Below are positions 9,114-17,008 of a DNA stretch of 46,865 nucleotides, in pieces (within the stretch, counting starts at the first letter, position 1; the number at the start of each line of letters is the position of its first letter). Source of the DNA: Armatimonadota bacterium. Lineage in GTDB: Bacteria > Armatimonadota > Armatimonadia > Armatimonadales > Capsulimonadaceae. Position numbers and translations under genes: made by a program. Below the pieces are notes generated by a model. That model saw only the letters and a list, made by a program, of their open reading frames with translations, made no database searches and had not been told where the DNA came from. The stretch spans positions 1 to 46,865 of the forward strand of contig JANLUQ010000365.1 of NCBI GenBank assembly GCA_031363565.1, in the 5' to 3' direction.

Positions 9114-10022
9114 TCAGGCGCGCGGGTGCGTTCGGTCGTAGACCTCGCGCAGACGGGCTACGTCTACGCGTGTGTAGCGCTGGGTGGTCTGGACGCTGGC
9201 GTGGCCCAGCATCTCCTGGATGGCGCGCAGATCGGCCCCGCCGGAGAGCAGGTGGGTGGCGAAGGAGTGGCGAAGGACGTGGGGGGAGATGGTGCGGGCG
9301 ATGCCGGCCTGCTTGGCGTATGCCTTGACCAGAACGAGGAAGTGATGCCGGGTCATCGGGCCGCCCCGGCGGGTCACGAAGAGGAACGGCGTCGGCGGTT
9401 TGGTCGCAAGCAGGACGGGGCGAGCACTGGCGAGGTATGCCGTCAAGGTGTCGTGGACGCCGTCGCCGAGGGGCACTTGCCGTTGCTTGCCGCCCTTGCC
9501 GAAGGGGCGGAGGAGGCGGGCGCGCAGGTCCACGTCCTCGGACTTCAGGGCGACGAGTTCCGAGACGCGCAGACCGCAGCCGTACATGGTTTCCAGCATC
9601 GCTCGGTCGCGCAGGCCCGCCGGTGTTGCCTCAGGCGGGACTGTCAGCAGGCGCTCGATCTCAGGCAGGGAGAGAGTGGTCGGGAGGCGCTGCGCGAGTT
9701 TCCCCGCCTCAACCGCGAGGGTCGGATCGGTGGTAAGATGCCCGTCACGGCACAGGAACTGCATCCAGAGCCTCACCGAGATCGTCTTGCGCGCGATGCT
9801 GGCCGGGCGCAGTCCCTGCCGCCGCAGTCCAGCCAGAAAGCTGTAGACATGCCCCGGCGTGATTGCCTTGACCTCGGCAACATCCTGGGCGGCCAGCGAA
9901 GCGAGGAACTGCGTCAGGTCATAGCGGTAAGCGGTCAGCGTGTTGGCCGACAGGCCGCGCTCGGCGGACATGTTCGCCAGGAAGGCGTCCATGAGCCGCA
10001 CTGCGTCCGCTTTTCCCTCCAC
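9114..10022 (-). CDS. xerD: tyrosine recombinase XerD-like
   Basis: LRDRAMLETMYGCGLRVSELVAL, HVLRHSFATHLL, LGHASVQTTQRYTRV and a terminal HPRA, closely resembling XerD. GTG start overlaps the upstream stop (TAGTG). Confidence 0.75.
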   Translation of the reverse strand: MEGKADAVRLMDAFLANMSAERGLSANTLTAYRYDLTQFLASLAAQDVAEVKAITPGHVYSFLAGLRRQGLRPASIARKTISVRLWMQFLCRDGHLTTDPTLAVEAGKLAQRLPTTLSLPEIERLLTVPPEATPAGLRDRAMLETMYGCGLRVSELVALKSEDVDLRARLLRPFGKGGKQRQVPLGDGVHDTLTAYLASARPVLLATKPPTPFLFVTRRGGPMTRHHFLVLVKAYAKQAGIARTISPHVLRHSFATHLLSGGADLRAIQEMLGHASVQTTQRYTRVDVARLREVYDRTHPRA

Positions 10023-11578
10023 TAAGCCACTTCCGTCGGCACGATGCGGTCATCATTTTCCTGCAAGCCGGCCTCCTGCGTCTCGACCGGACGCGCGGAG
10101 GAGGCGGGGCGAGCGCGGGTCTCGGCCCAGAAGCGCAGGATGTCTATCTTCTCCTTCATGGTCTCGGACAGCGGTATGGACTGTTTGGCGGCCTTCAGGA
10201 TGTCATCGGTCAGGATGTCGCGGTCCTGGTTAAAGGCATCGTACATGGCCGCGATGATGGCCTGCTCGATCTCCGCCCCCGAATAGCCATTGGTCGCCTT
10301 CGCCAAGGCCTTGAGATCGAAGAGCGCGGGGTCGCGCCGCCGCTTTTTGAGGTGGATGGTGAAGATGTCCTCGCGCTCCGGCTCGTCCGGCAGGTCCACG
10401 AAGAAGATCTCATCAAAGCGGCCTTTTCGGAGCAGTTCGGGGGGAAGCGCGGACACGTCATTCGCGGTCGCCACGACGAAGCAGGGGGCGGTCTTGTCCT
10501 GAAGCCAGGCGAGGAAGGTGCCGAAGACCCGCGCGGTCGTCCCGCCGTCGCTGATTCCCGACGACTGTGTCCCCGAGAAGCCCTTTTCCAGCTCGTCTAT
10601 CCAGACGATATTCGGGGCGGTGCTTTCGGCCACCCGGATGGCTTTTCGAATATTCTCCTCGCTCTGTCCGACGATGCCGCCGAAGATCTTGCCCACGTCC
10701 ATGCGGAGGAGCGGCAGCTTCCAGAGCGACGCGATGGCCTTGCTCGAGAGTGATTTGCCGCAGCCCTGAACGCCCAAAATCAGGATGCCCTTAGGGGCGG
10801 GCAGGCCGTAGTCACGGGCCTTCTCGGTAAAGGCGACGGTGCGCTTGTCCATCCAATCTTTGAGCAGGTCCAGCCCGCCGACGTCCGCGAAGGCTTCGGA
10901 GGTTCGGTAATACTCCAGGATAGCCGATTTGCGGATGATCTGCTCTTTCTCGGACAGAATAACGTCGGTGTCGAACTTACGCCGCTCGACCAGGGACTTG
11001 GCGAAGACGTTCTCGGCCTCGGTCGCCGTCAGGCCCAGGGCGGCCTGCAAGACCTGCTCACGCTCCTCGGTCGTCATCTGCGTCTGCACCTGCGGGTTAG
11101 CCCGGACGGACTCGATGATGCTGTCCAACAGCCGCCCCAAATCTTCCAGCGATGGCAGGGCGTAGTCCACGACCGTGATCTCTTTTTCTAGCTCCGCCGG
11201 CAGTTTCAGCACGGGGGACAGCAGAATTAATGTCTTGTACGAGGTCTTGAGCGCATAGGTCAGATCGCGCAGGCGGCGGACGAGGGAGGTGTCATTGAGG
11301 AACGGATGGAAGTCTTTCAGCAGGAAGACGGCCTGGTCACGCGACTCCATCACGAAGTCTAAAGCGGCCAGTGGGTCGCGCGTGGCCTCATCGCGGTTGA
11401 GCGGGTTCAGCACCATTCCCTGCGTGACGGTCCACTGGTACATCTTCTTGTTGCGGGCCTTGGTGATAGCGCGCAGGGCCTCCTCAACGCGCTTCTCCTC
11501 CCAGGAGACGACGTAGATGATCGGGTAGCGCGCCCGGATCAAAGTTTCCAGTTCCGTGTCTACTTCGCTTTGTGGCAT
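10022..11578 (-). CDS. Ycf46-like AAA+ ATPase
   Basis: N-terminus LIRARYPIIYVVSWEEKRVEEAL resembles cyanobacterial/plastid Ycf46. Walker A GVQGCGKS, Walker B IVWIDELEK. Confidence 0.8.
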   Translation of the reverse strand: MPQSEVDTELETLIRARYPIIYVVSWEEKRVEEALRAITKARNKKMYQWTVTQGMVLNPLNRDEATRDPLAALDFVMESRDQAVFLLKDFHPFLNDTSLVRRLRDLTYALKTSYKTLILLSPVLKLPAELEKEITVVDYALPSLEDLGRLLDSIIESVRANPQVQTQMTTEEREQVLQAALGLTATEAENVFAKSLVERRKFDTDVILSEKEQIIRKSAILEYYRTSEAFADVGGLDLLKDWMDKRTVAFTEKARDYGLPAPKGILILGVQGCGKSLSSKAIASLWKLPLLRMDVGKIFGGIVGQSEENIRKAIRVAESTAPNIVWIDELEKGFSGTQSSGISDGGTTARVFGTFLAWLQDKTAPCFVVATANDVSALPPELLRKGRFDEIFFVDLPDEPEREDIFTIHLKKRRRDPALFDLKALAKATNGYSGAEIEQAIIAAMYDAFNQDRDILTDDILKAAKQSIPLSETMKEKIDILRFWAETRARPASSARPVETQEAGLQENDDRIVPTEVA

Positions 11579-11594
11579 GACTGTCCTTTATATC

Positions 11595-11771
11595 TCAGAG
11601 TGGCCTGGCTAATCCTGCCGCCATGTCTTGTTTAGCGCGTTCGATGATCTCGTCGAAGCGACCGGCTTCCCAGTCTCGGGCGATCTGCTGATCCCACTGC
11701 TCCTGCCTTAGTTCTTCAAGTCGCTCCATGAGTTGATCAAGCTCTCCCGGCGTAAGTTTAGCGGCAGCCAT
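11595..11771 (-). CDS. small helical hypothetical protein (58 aa)
   Basis: MAAAKLTPGELDQLMERLEELRQEQWDQQIARDWEAGRFDEIIERAKQDMAAGLARPL. ATG 11771. The longer ORF-track version begins inside the palindromic element. The gene ends 16 nt upstream of the AAA+ gene. Confidence 0.5.
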   Translation of the reverse strand: MAAAKLTPGELDQLMERLEELRQEQWDQQIARDWEAGRFDEIIERAKQDMAAGLARPL

Positions 11772-11817
11772 TTCTATCTCTCGGATGCTCACGTCTGAAC
11801 ACTCCTGATTCGCCCCG

Positions 11818-11950
11818 GGTTGAAACCCGAGGCTCGGAAAAGCCCAGCGTACAAGGGACGCAAGAGGAAGGCAGAGACGCGGGTGAGAAGGACATTCTTG
11901 CTCAGGCTGTCCCCTGAACAGTGGGTACTTCCGAGCCTCGGGTTTCAACC
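11818..11950. repeat. MITE-like / long-hairpin palindromic element (22-bp perfect terminal inverted repeats)
   Basis: GGTTGAAACCCGAGGCTCGGAA at 11818-11839 is the exact reverse complement of 11929-11950. The inner flanks show further imperfect complementarity. Confidence 0.8.
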
Positions 11951-11972
11951 TGTGGCTATTTATCCTTGCTAT

Positions 11973-12629
11973 CTATCCTTGCTCCTCGTCACCCTGCCTC
12001 TGTCTCCGCGCTGCCTCGGCTCCTTGCCAAAGCTCCTTATAACGCTCTTGGACATAGGGGGCCAGTTGCTCGGCCAATGCCTCCGGCAACGCAAGCATCT
12101 TGATCACTTCCTGCACATCTGCAAGGTCTTTGAGGCGGGCTAGACCTGTCATGCCGGACGCCAGCTTTAGCTCGATGAGGGCGTTCAAGTTTAGGAGGCG
12201 GATGCCCTCTTGTTCCACCGCGACAAGACCCGGCTCAGGAAATGCCACCGGCTTTGGCTTGCCGTCGCCGGGGAACTCACCGGCGACAAGGAACTCGATG
12301 CGGACGCCATTTTCCGTGTCGCGTAGGTTCTTGCTGCTGGCAAAAGGCGGCCGGTAGCCGCTGCCTTCCAATGCCTCATGCAGCCTTTGCAGGCCCTCGC
12401 GCGTCACCAAAATATCCACATCTTCCGTGAAACGCCGGAAGCCGTGCAGGAACAGTGCCATGCCGCCGACCACAGCATAGTCTATACCCAGGACGTTGAG
12501 GCGGCCTGTGATGCGGCGCAGCGACTTCTGTACTTCGCTTTCGTTCTGAAAGAACATGCCACCCTCCCTGAGCGCCCAGTTCATGTCGCTGTCGAGTCTC
12601 TTCGTGTAGTCCAACGGCAAAGTGGTCAT
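11973..12629 (-). CDS. nucleotidyltransferase-fold protein (AbiEii / minimal-NTase-like)
   Basis: VVGGMALFLHGFRRFTEDVDILV (GG..., DxD) and a C-terminal KDLADVQEVI motif. ATG 12629 overlaps the upstream stop as ATGA. Confidence 0.6.
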   Translation of the reverse strand: MTTLPLDYTKRLDSDMNWALREGGMFFQNESEVQKSLRRITGRLNVLGIDYAVVGGMALFLHGFRRFTEDVDILVTREGLQRLHEALEGSGYRPPFASSKNLRDTENGVRIEFLVAGEFPGDGKPKPVAFPEPGLVAVEQEGIRLLNLNALIELKLASGMTGLARLKDLADVQEVIKMLALPEALAEQLAPYVQERYKELWQGAEAARRQRQGDEEQG

Positions 12630-13084
12630 GGCTTTGCTCCCTTTGCCAAATCCCTTTTGTCCCAATAGCGGCTGATAGTGTCTTCATCTTCTGCTAGGAT
12701 GCCATAACCGTCATAAATCGGGGAACAGTTTCGGACCAAGGGCCACTCACCAGAGGGTTCAGCCGAACCGATGGAGAGGTCACACCGTATGCTCAAATCC
12801 TCGGTGAAGTTGTGGACGCCAGCCGACATTTCCCCGCAGGCGGCCCAGTAGCCATACAGGAAATGCTGCTCCTGTTCGATCATGCCGATGACGCCTCGCA
12901 GCTCATCGTGAAAGACAAAGAAGCGGTTGACACGGATGTGAAACTGCCCAGCCCAATCAACAATCTCGTAGTCGAAAAGCACCGGGGCCGCACTCCCATC
13001 AGCACGATGCCAGCCCCAGCCATATCCAAGCTTCAAGTAAAGCAGACCGCCAACATAACTTTCCGGTGCGGCGATGTCAAGCAC
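12626..13084 (-). CDS. hypothetical protein with no recognisable family
   Basis: Open frame with GTG 13084 preceded by GGAGG at 8-nt spacing. The TTG 13111 used by the ORF track is less likely. Translationally coupled to the NTase gene. Confidence 0.5.
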   Translation of the reverse strand: MLDIAAPESYVGGLLYLKLGYGWGWHRADGSAAPVLFDYEIVDWAGQFHIRVNRFFVFHDELRGVIGMIEQEQHFLYGYWAACGEMSAGVHNFTEDLSIRCDLSIGSAEPSGEWPLVRNCSPIYDGYGILAEDEDTISRYWDKRDLAKGAKP

Positions 13085-13107
13085 TGTCGGTGCCTCCTGC
13101 CAACATC

Positions 13108-14793
13108 TCAAAGACTGATTTCGGCCCGCACGACGCCCGCCCTTTGGTGCCGCGCAAGCAGTTTAACCGTGCCGCCTTGGGGCGCGTGGACGATCCAGTC
13201 GAAGTGGGCACGGTCGTCGGTGGGGTCGGCGACGGGGCTGAAACCACTCGCGGCTTTGAGGTTGCGGCCTTCCAATTGGCCTAGCTCTTCGCGGACGCGG
13301 CCCACATGGAGCGTCGCGCCGTCGGGCAAGGTAATCTCGGCCAGGACGGGGCGAACGCTCTTGCGCTCCAGGGCGCGCTTGGAGATATCGGTGGGCAGCC
13401 AGCCGGTGTTCTGGACGACCAGGCGGACACGGTAGACGCCGTCGCCCAGGGGTTTGGCTTCGGCGGAGAGGAGTTCCAGCTTGGGGGTGATGAGGGCCTG
13501 CCAGACCAGCCAGTCGGAGTGCGGGGCGATCTCAGCTTCCAGCAGGTGCGGGGGCGGGTTGCGGAAGCAGTAGGCATAGTCCCAGCCCCCGATCTCGACG
13601 GGTCCGAGGTCGGGATGGTCGAAGGGTGCCCAGGGAACAAACCCCTTGCCATCCAGCTTCTCATCGTTCCACTGAATGAGCTTCAGGTCATCTTCAATCG
13701 GGTGCTCGCGGAACCATTCGATGAACTTGTAGTCCGTGATGCCCGCCTGACGCTGCGGGGACCAGAGTTCGGTCGTCCAGGCGTAGACGCCCAAATGGTC
13801 GTACATCCAGTCATCGAAGACGCCCGTAATGACCTCTTTGGGGTGGTACTTGAAGTCGTGGAAGACGGAGACATTTGGGTAACCGGTCAGCTCCGTTCCC
13901 TTGTCGCCGATCTTCATGAACGTCCACAAGTCCTCGGGGATCATCTCCGAGTCGGCTTTGACGCCGTAGGGGCGCAGGATAACGCCGCTGAGGGTATGAA
14001 ATGTCACCGCGCCGCAGATGTTGGGGTGCTTAACGATGAACTCGACGAGGGCGCGAATCTCCGGCTCGGAGGTCGGGAACTCGCCCGCGCCACCCTGGTC
14101 GCCTTCGGGCCGCCACTCGGAGGGGAAGTTGCGGTTTAGGTCCAGCCCTTCCTTGCTCTTTTGCAGGCGGACCTGGACGCCGTCGTAATTGGTCAAGCGG
14201 CCCTCGGGGAGCTGGCGGTAGTAGGCGCCACCGGTCTCGGTCGGGCCTCGGCGGATCAGCAGGCGAGGCTCGTCCGGGTGGGTCTTCCAGGCCCCGTTCG
14301 GATCGAGGAGGCGCATGGAAAGCAGCTTGCCGTTGCCGTCCACATCCTCGCGCTTGAGTCCCTCGATAGGCTCCTCGTCGAACGGGTAAGGCCGGGCGGA
14401 GGAGCGCAGCCAGCGCGGGGGCGTCTGCATCGCCAGCTCGGCCCCATCCGGGTTGACACGCGGGACGATGTAGAAGGCGCGGGTGTCCAGGGCGCGCGTC
14501 ACATCGGCATCGGTTCCATCCCCACTCGTCAGCCGGTGCAGCAAATAGAGGGCGGCGCTCGACGGGGACAGCTCAGTCGCATGGATATTGGCATCCACCC
14601 AAAAGGCGGGCTTCTCGTCGGCGGGACCGGTCAAGAAGCGCGTCACGGTCGCGAGCCAGATGTCACGTCCCTCGTAAGACTTGCCGATGCTGTGGACATG
14701 GACCAGGTCCGGGCGCTCGGCGGCGAACGCATGCAGCAGATGCGTAATCTCTTCGTGATTGTAGTAGCGGTCAAAGGTCAGGTCCATCGGCAT
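13108..14793 (-). CDS. M14-family zinc carboxypeptidase
   Basis: SIGKSYEGRDIWLATVT and VDANIHATELS (HxxE zinc ligands). ATG 14793 is preceded by AAGGA. Confidence 0.85.
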   Translation of the reverse strand: MPMDLTFDRYYNHEEITHLLHAFAAERPDLVHVHSIGKSYEGRDIWLATVTRFLTGPADEKPAFWVDANIHATELSPSSAALYLLHRLTSGDGTDADVTRALDTRAFYIVPRVNPDGAELAMQTPPRWLRSSARPYPFDEEPIEGLKREDVDGNGKLLSMRLLDPNGAWKTHPDEPRLLIRRGPTETGGAYYRQLPEGRLTNYDGVQVRLQKSKEGLDLNRNFPSEWRPEGDQGGAGEFPTSEPEIRALVEFIVKHPNICGAVTFHTLSGVILRPYGVKADSEMIPEDLWTFMKIGDKGTELTGYPNVSVFHDFKYHPKEVITGVFDDWMYDHLGVYAWTTELWSPQRQAGITDYKFIEWFREHPIEDDLKLIQWNDEKLDGKGFVPWAPFDHPDLGPVEIGGWDYAYCFRNPPPHLLEAEIAPHSDWLVWQALITPKLELLSAEAKPLGDGVYRVRLVVQNTGWLPTDISKRALERKSVRPVLAEITLPDGATLHVGRVREELGQLEGRNLKAASGFSPVADPTDDRAHFDWIVHAPQGGTVKLLARHQRAGVVRAEISL

Positions 14794-14902
14794 GGTGTTT
14801 CCTTGCTCCCAGCATTTATCGCCGCCCTCTTGGGGTACACTGAGGGTACGCGCTCTTGCGGGCAACGCTGCCGCTCTCCCTCATGTTACCCTGTGACTGC
14901 TT

Positions 14903-15715
14903 ATGCTTATCCGTCTCGGCTACGACATCATCTTTCAGTTTCCCGTCCCGACTCCCATGCTGCTGATGCTCAACACGCACCCCTTGGAGGCACACCGGCT
15001 GCGGGGCGAGGACCGGCCCCGGTCAGAGCCGCAGGTTCCAACCACGGAGTTCATTGACGGTTTCGGCAACCGCTGTAGCCGTCTGGTCGCGCCCGCGGGA
15101 CGTCTGCGGCTGTATTCGGAGGCCGTGGCCGAAGACAGCGGGCTGCACGAGGTCATCGCGACGGACGCGCCGCAGCACCCGATCGAGGACCTGCCGGACG
15201 AGTGCCTGACGTTCCTGCTGGGGAGCCGGTACTGCGAGGTGGCCGAGATGCTGCCCATCGCATGGGATATGTTCGGGAAGACGCCGACGGGCGGGGCGCG
15301 GGTGCAGGCGGTCTGCGACTGGGTATTCGCGAATGTGGAATTCGGCTACCAGTACGCGCGCCCGTCCAAGACCGCCCTGGACGTCTTCACCGAGCGGCGC
15401 GGCGTCTGCCGCGACTTCACGCACCTGGCGGTTACCTTCTGCCGCTGCCTGAACATCCCGACCCGCTACTGTAACGGCTACCTGGGGGACATCGGCGTCC
15501 CCCCCGACGTCAATCCCGGGGACTTCAATGCCTGGTTCGAGGTCTATTTGGGGGGCCGCTGGCACACCTTCGACGCCCGCCACAACGAGCCACGCATCGG
15601 ACGGGTGCTGCTAACGCGCGGACGGGACGCGACCGATATCGCGATGACGACGGCCTTCGGCGCGAACACGCTGGAGCAGTTCATCATCGTGACTGAAGAA
15701 GTGCCGGAGGCTTAG
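14903..15715 (+). CDS. transglutaminase-like cysteine protease family protein
   Basis: Core motif RGVCRDFTHLAVTFCRCLNIPTRYCNGY and the typical MLIRLGYDI N-terminus. Confidence 0.85.
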   Translation: MLIRLGYDIIFQFPVPTPMLLMLNTHPLEAHRLRGEDRPRSEPQVPTTEFIDGFGNRCSRLVAPAGRLRLYSEAVAEDSGLHEVIATDAPQHPIEDLPDECLTFLLGSRYCEVAEMLPIAWDMFGKTPTGGARVQAVCDWVFANVEFGYQYARPSKTALDVFTERRGVCRDFTHLAVTFCRCLNIPTRYCNGYLGDIGVPPDVNPGDFNAWFEVYLGGRWHTFDARHNEPRIGRVLLTRGRDATDIAMTTAFGANTLEQFIIVTEEVPEA

Positions 15716-15745
15716 GGGACGCTTGGGAGGCCACTAGAGAGGCCG

Positions 15746-16486
15746 CTACTTTCCCCACGGCGGGTCGGCGATGAGCTTGTCCAGAGCGGAATATGGGATG
15801 CCGACTTTGACATTCCCCTGGGTAGCCATACCGATGTAGACATTGACGGTCTTGGCGATGTTGTCGTGGACCAGAATAGTCGGTGTCTCATCAATCCCCT
15901 CGCCTTCGGCGAACCTAGCAGATGCCTTCAGCTTGTCAATTCCCTGTCCGGCATCAAACGCCTTTTGGAAAAAGGCCTTGTCCAGCCCGGCTTTAGCAGC
16001 ATAACCACCGTAGAAGCCGGGTTCAAGGTCGTCTTGGTGCGAGTAGAGTATGTCATACATCGGCCAGAACTTCCCCTGGTCGGCGGCGATCTCCGAGGCT
16101 TGCCCGGAGGGCATAGCCCATTCATGGATGCTGGGGATCGGTCGGTGAACGAAGATCAGGTTGACCTGCTTGGGATGCTGTGCCAGCATCTTCTCCAGCA
16201 AAGGCCGTGCCGCCCCGCATTGGGGGCACTGAAAGTCGCCGAACTCGGCAAGGGTATAACGCGCCCCTGCATCGCCGCGCGGTGGGGCGGCGGCGTGGGC
16301 TATGATCTGCGGCCAGTCCGCTTCCAGCTTCTCCGCGCTGAGCTTGGGCATGGGGTTTGTCGGGGGTCCCCCAGGGCGTGAACTCGCGGGCGGCTTGCCC
16401 AGGACGTTGATCGCGACGATCAGGCTGGCCAGCAGGACCACCCAAACTCCCAGCAACACGATCTTCTTTGTTCCTACCTTACCCAT
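15746..16486 (-). CDS. DsbA-family thiol:disulfide oxidoreductase (membrane-anchored)
   Basis: N-terminal TM helix and thioredoxin-fold CPQC active site (FGDFQCPQCG). Confidence 0.8.
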   Translation of the reverse strand: MGKVGTKKIVLLGVWVVLLASLIVAINVLGKPPASSRPGGPPTNPMPKLSAEKLEADWPQIIAHAAAPPRGDAGARYTLAEFGDFQCPQCGAARPLLEKMLAQHPKQVNLIFVHRPIPSIHEWAMPSGQASEIAADQGKFWPMYDILYSHQDDLEPGFYGGYAAKAGLDKAFFQKAFDAGQGIDKLKASARFAEGEGIDETPTILVHDNIAKTVNVYIGMATQGNVKVGIPYSALDKLIADPPWGK

Positions 16487-16985
16487 GCCGTTCCACTCTC
16501 CCTTGAACTCTCCGCTGAGTTTTCCGATGCAATGCCCACCACTCCCAGGTCGCCGTCAAGAGCAGCAAAGTCATCACGATCGCCGATGAGCGGCACCACG
16601 GGCAGTACGCCCCGATCTTGAAGTGCGCGACCCATTGCAGATACCACGAGTATGCCGCCCCGCCCGCTGCGATCAGCCAGATCAAGCGGCCCAGGCGGCG
16701 GTCCCAGATGTTGCTCTCCGAGCCGAGCCGCACCATGGCGAGCGTCAGCAGCACCAGGTACCCGATCAGCCCGAGCAGGGCGACGGGGACGTGATGGAAG
16801 ACGATCAGGTCTAGATGAGACCAGGCACTGGCCGCGACGATCTCACACCCGCCGTCCGCGCTGCACGGCACGTCCTGATGCATCCGCTCCTTCCACCAGA
16901 GCGTCCCAGCGATACCAGCCCCGACGAACGAGAGCGCCGCTTCAATCAGAGTACAGGTTTGACGGATGGAAGCGGCGCTCGGCAT
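16479..16985 (-). CDS. vitamin K epoxide reductase (VKOR) family protein
   Basis: Multi-TM protein with a loop Cys pair (CSADGGC) and the CPWC redox motif. Overlaps the DsbA-like gene start by 8 nt. Start is probably ATG 16985. Confidence 0.8.
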   Translation of the reverse strand: MPSAASIRQTCTLIEAALSFVGAGIAGTLWWKERMHQDVPCSADGGCEIVAASAWSHLDLIVFHHVPVALLGLIGYLVLLTLAMVRLGSESNIWDRRLGRLIWLIAAGGAAYSWYLQWVAHFKIGAYCPWCRSSAIVMTLLLLTATWEWWALHRKTQRRVQGRVERHG

Positions 16986-17008
16986 AGATTCAGATACGGA
17001 GTTCGTCG

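Noticed and set aside
9102-10025. 307-aa plus-strand ORF
   Set aside because: It is antisense to xerD, whose catalytic motifs are clear.
11595-12143. Twin ORFs on opposite strands, both starting MKPEARK
   Set aside because: The mirror-image peptides are produced by the 22-bp inverted repeat. Only the last 58 codons of the minus-strand ORF look genuinely coding.
12830-12960. RFFVFH string as a HEPN Rx4-6H motif in the unknown partner of the nucleotidyltransferase
   Set aside because: The surrounding sequence is aromatic and beta-like rather than the all-helical HEPN fold. A six-residue match alone is not evidence.
13306-15057. 277-aa and 298-aa plus-strand ORFs
   Set aside because: Both are antisense shadows of the M14 carboxypeptidase gene.
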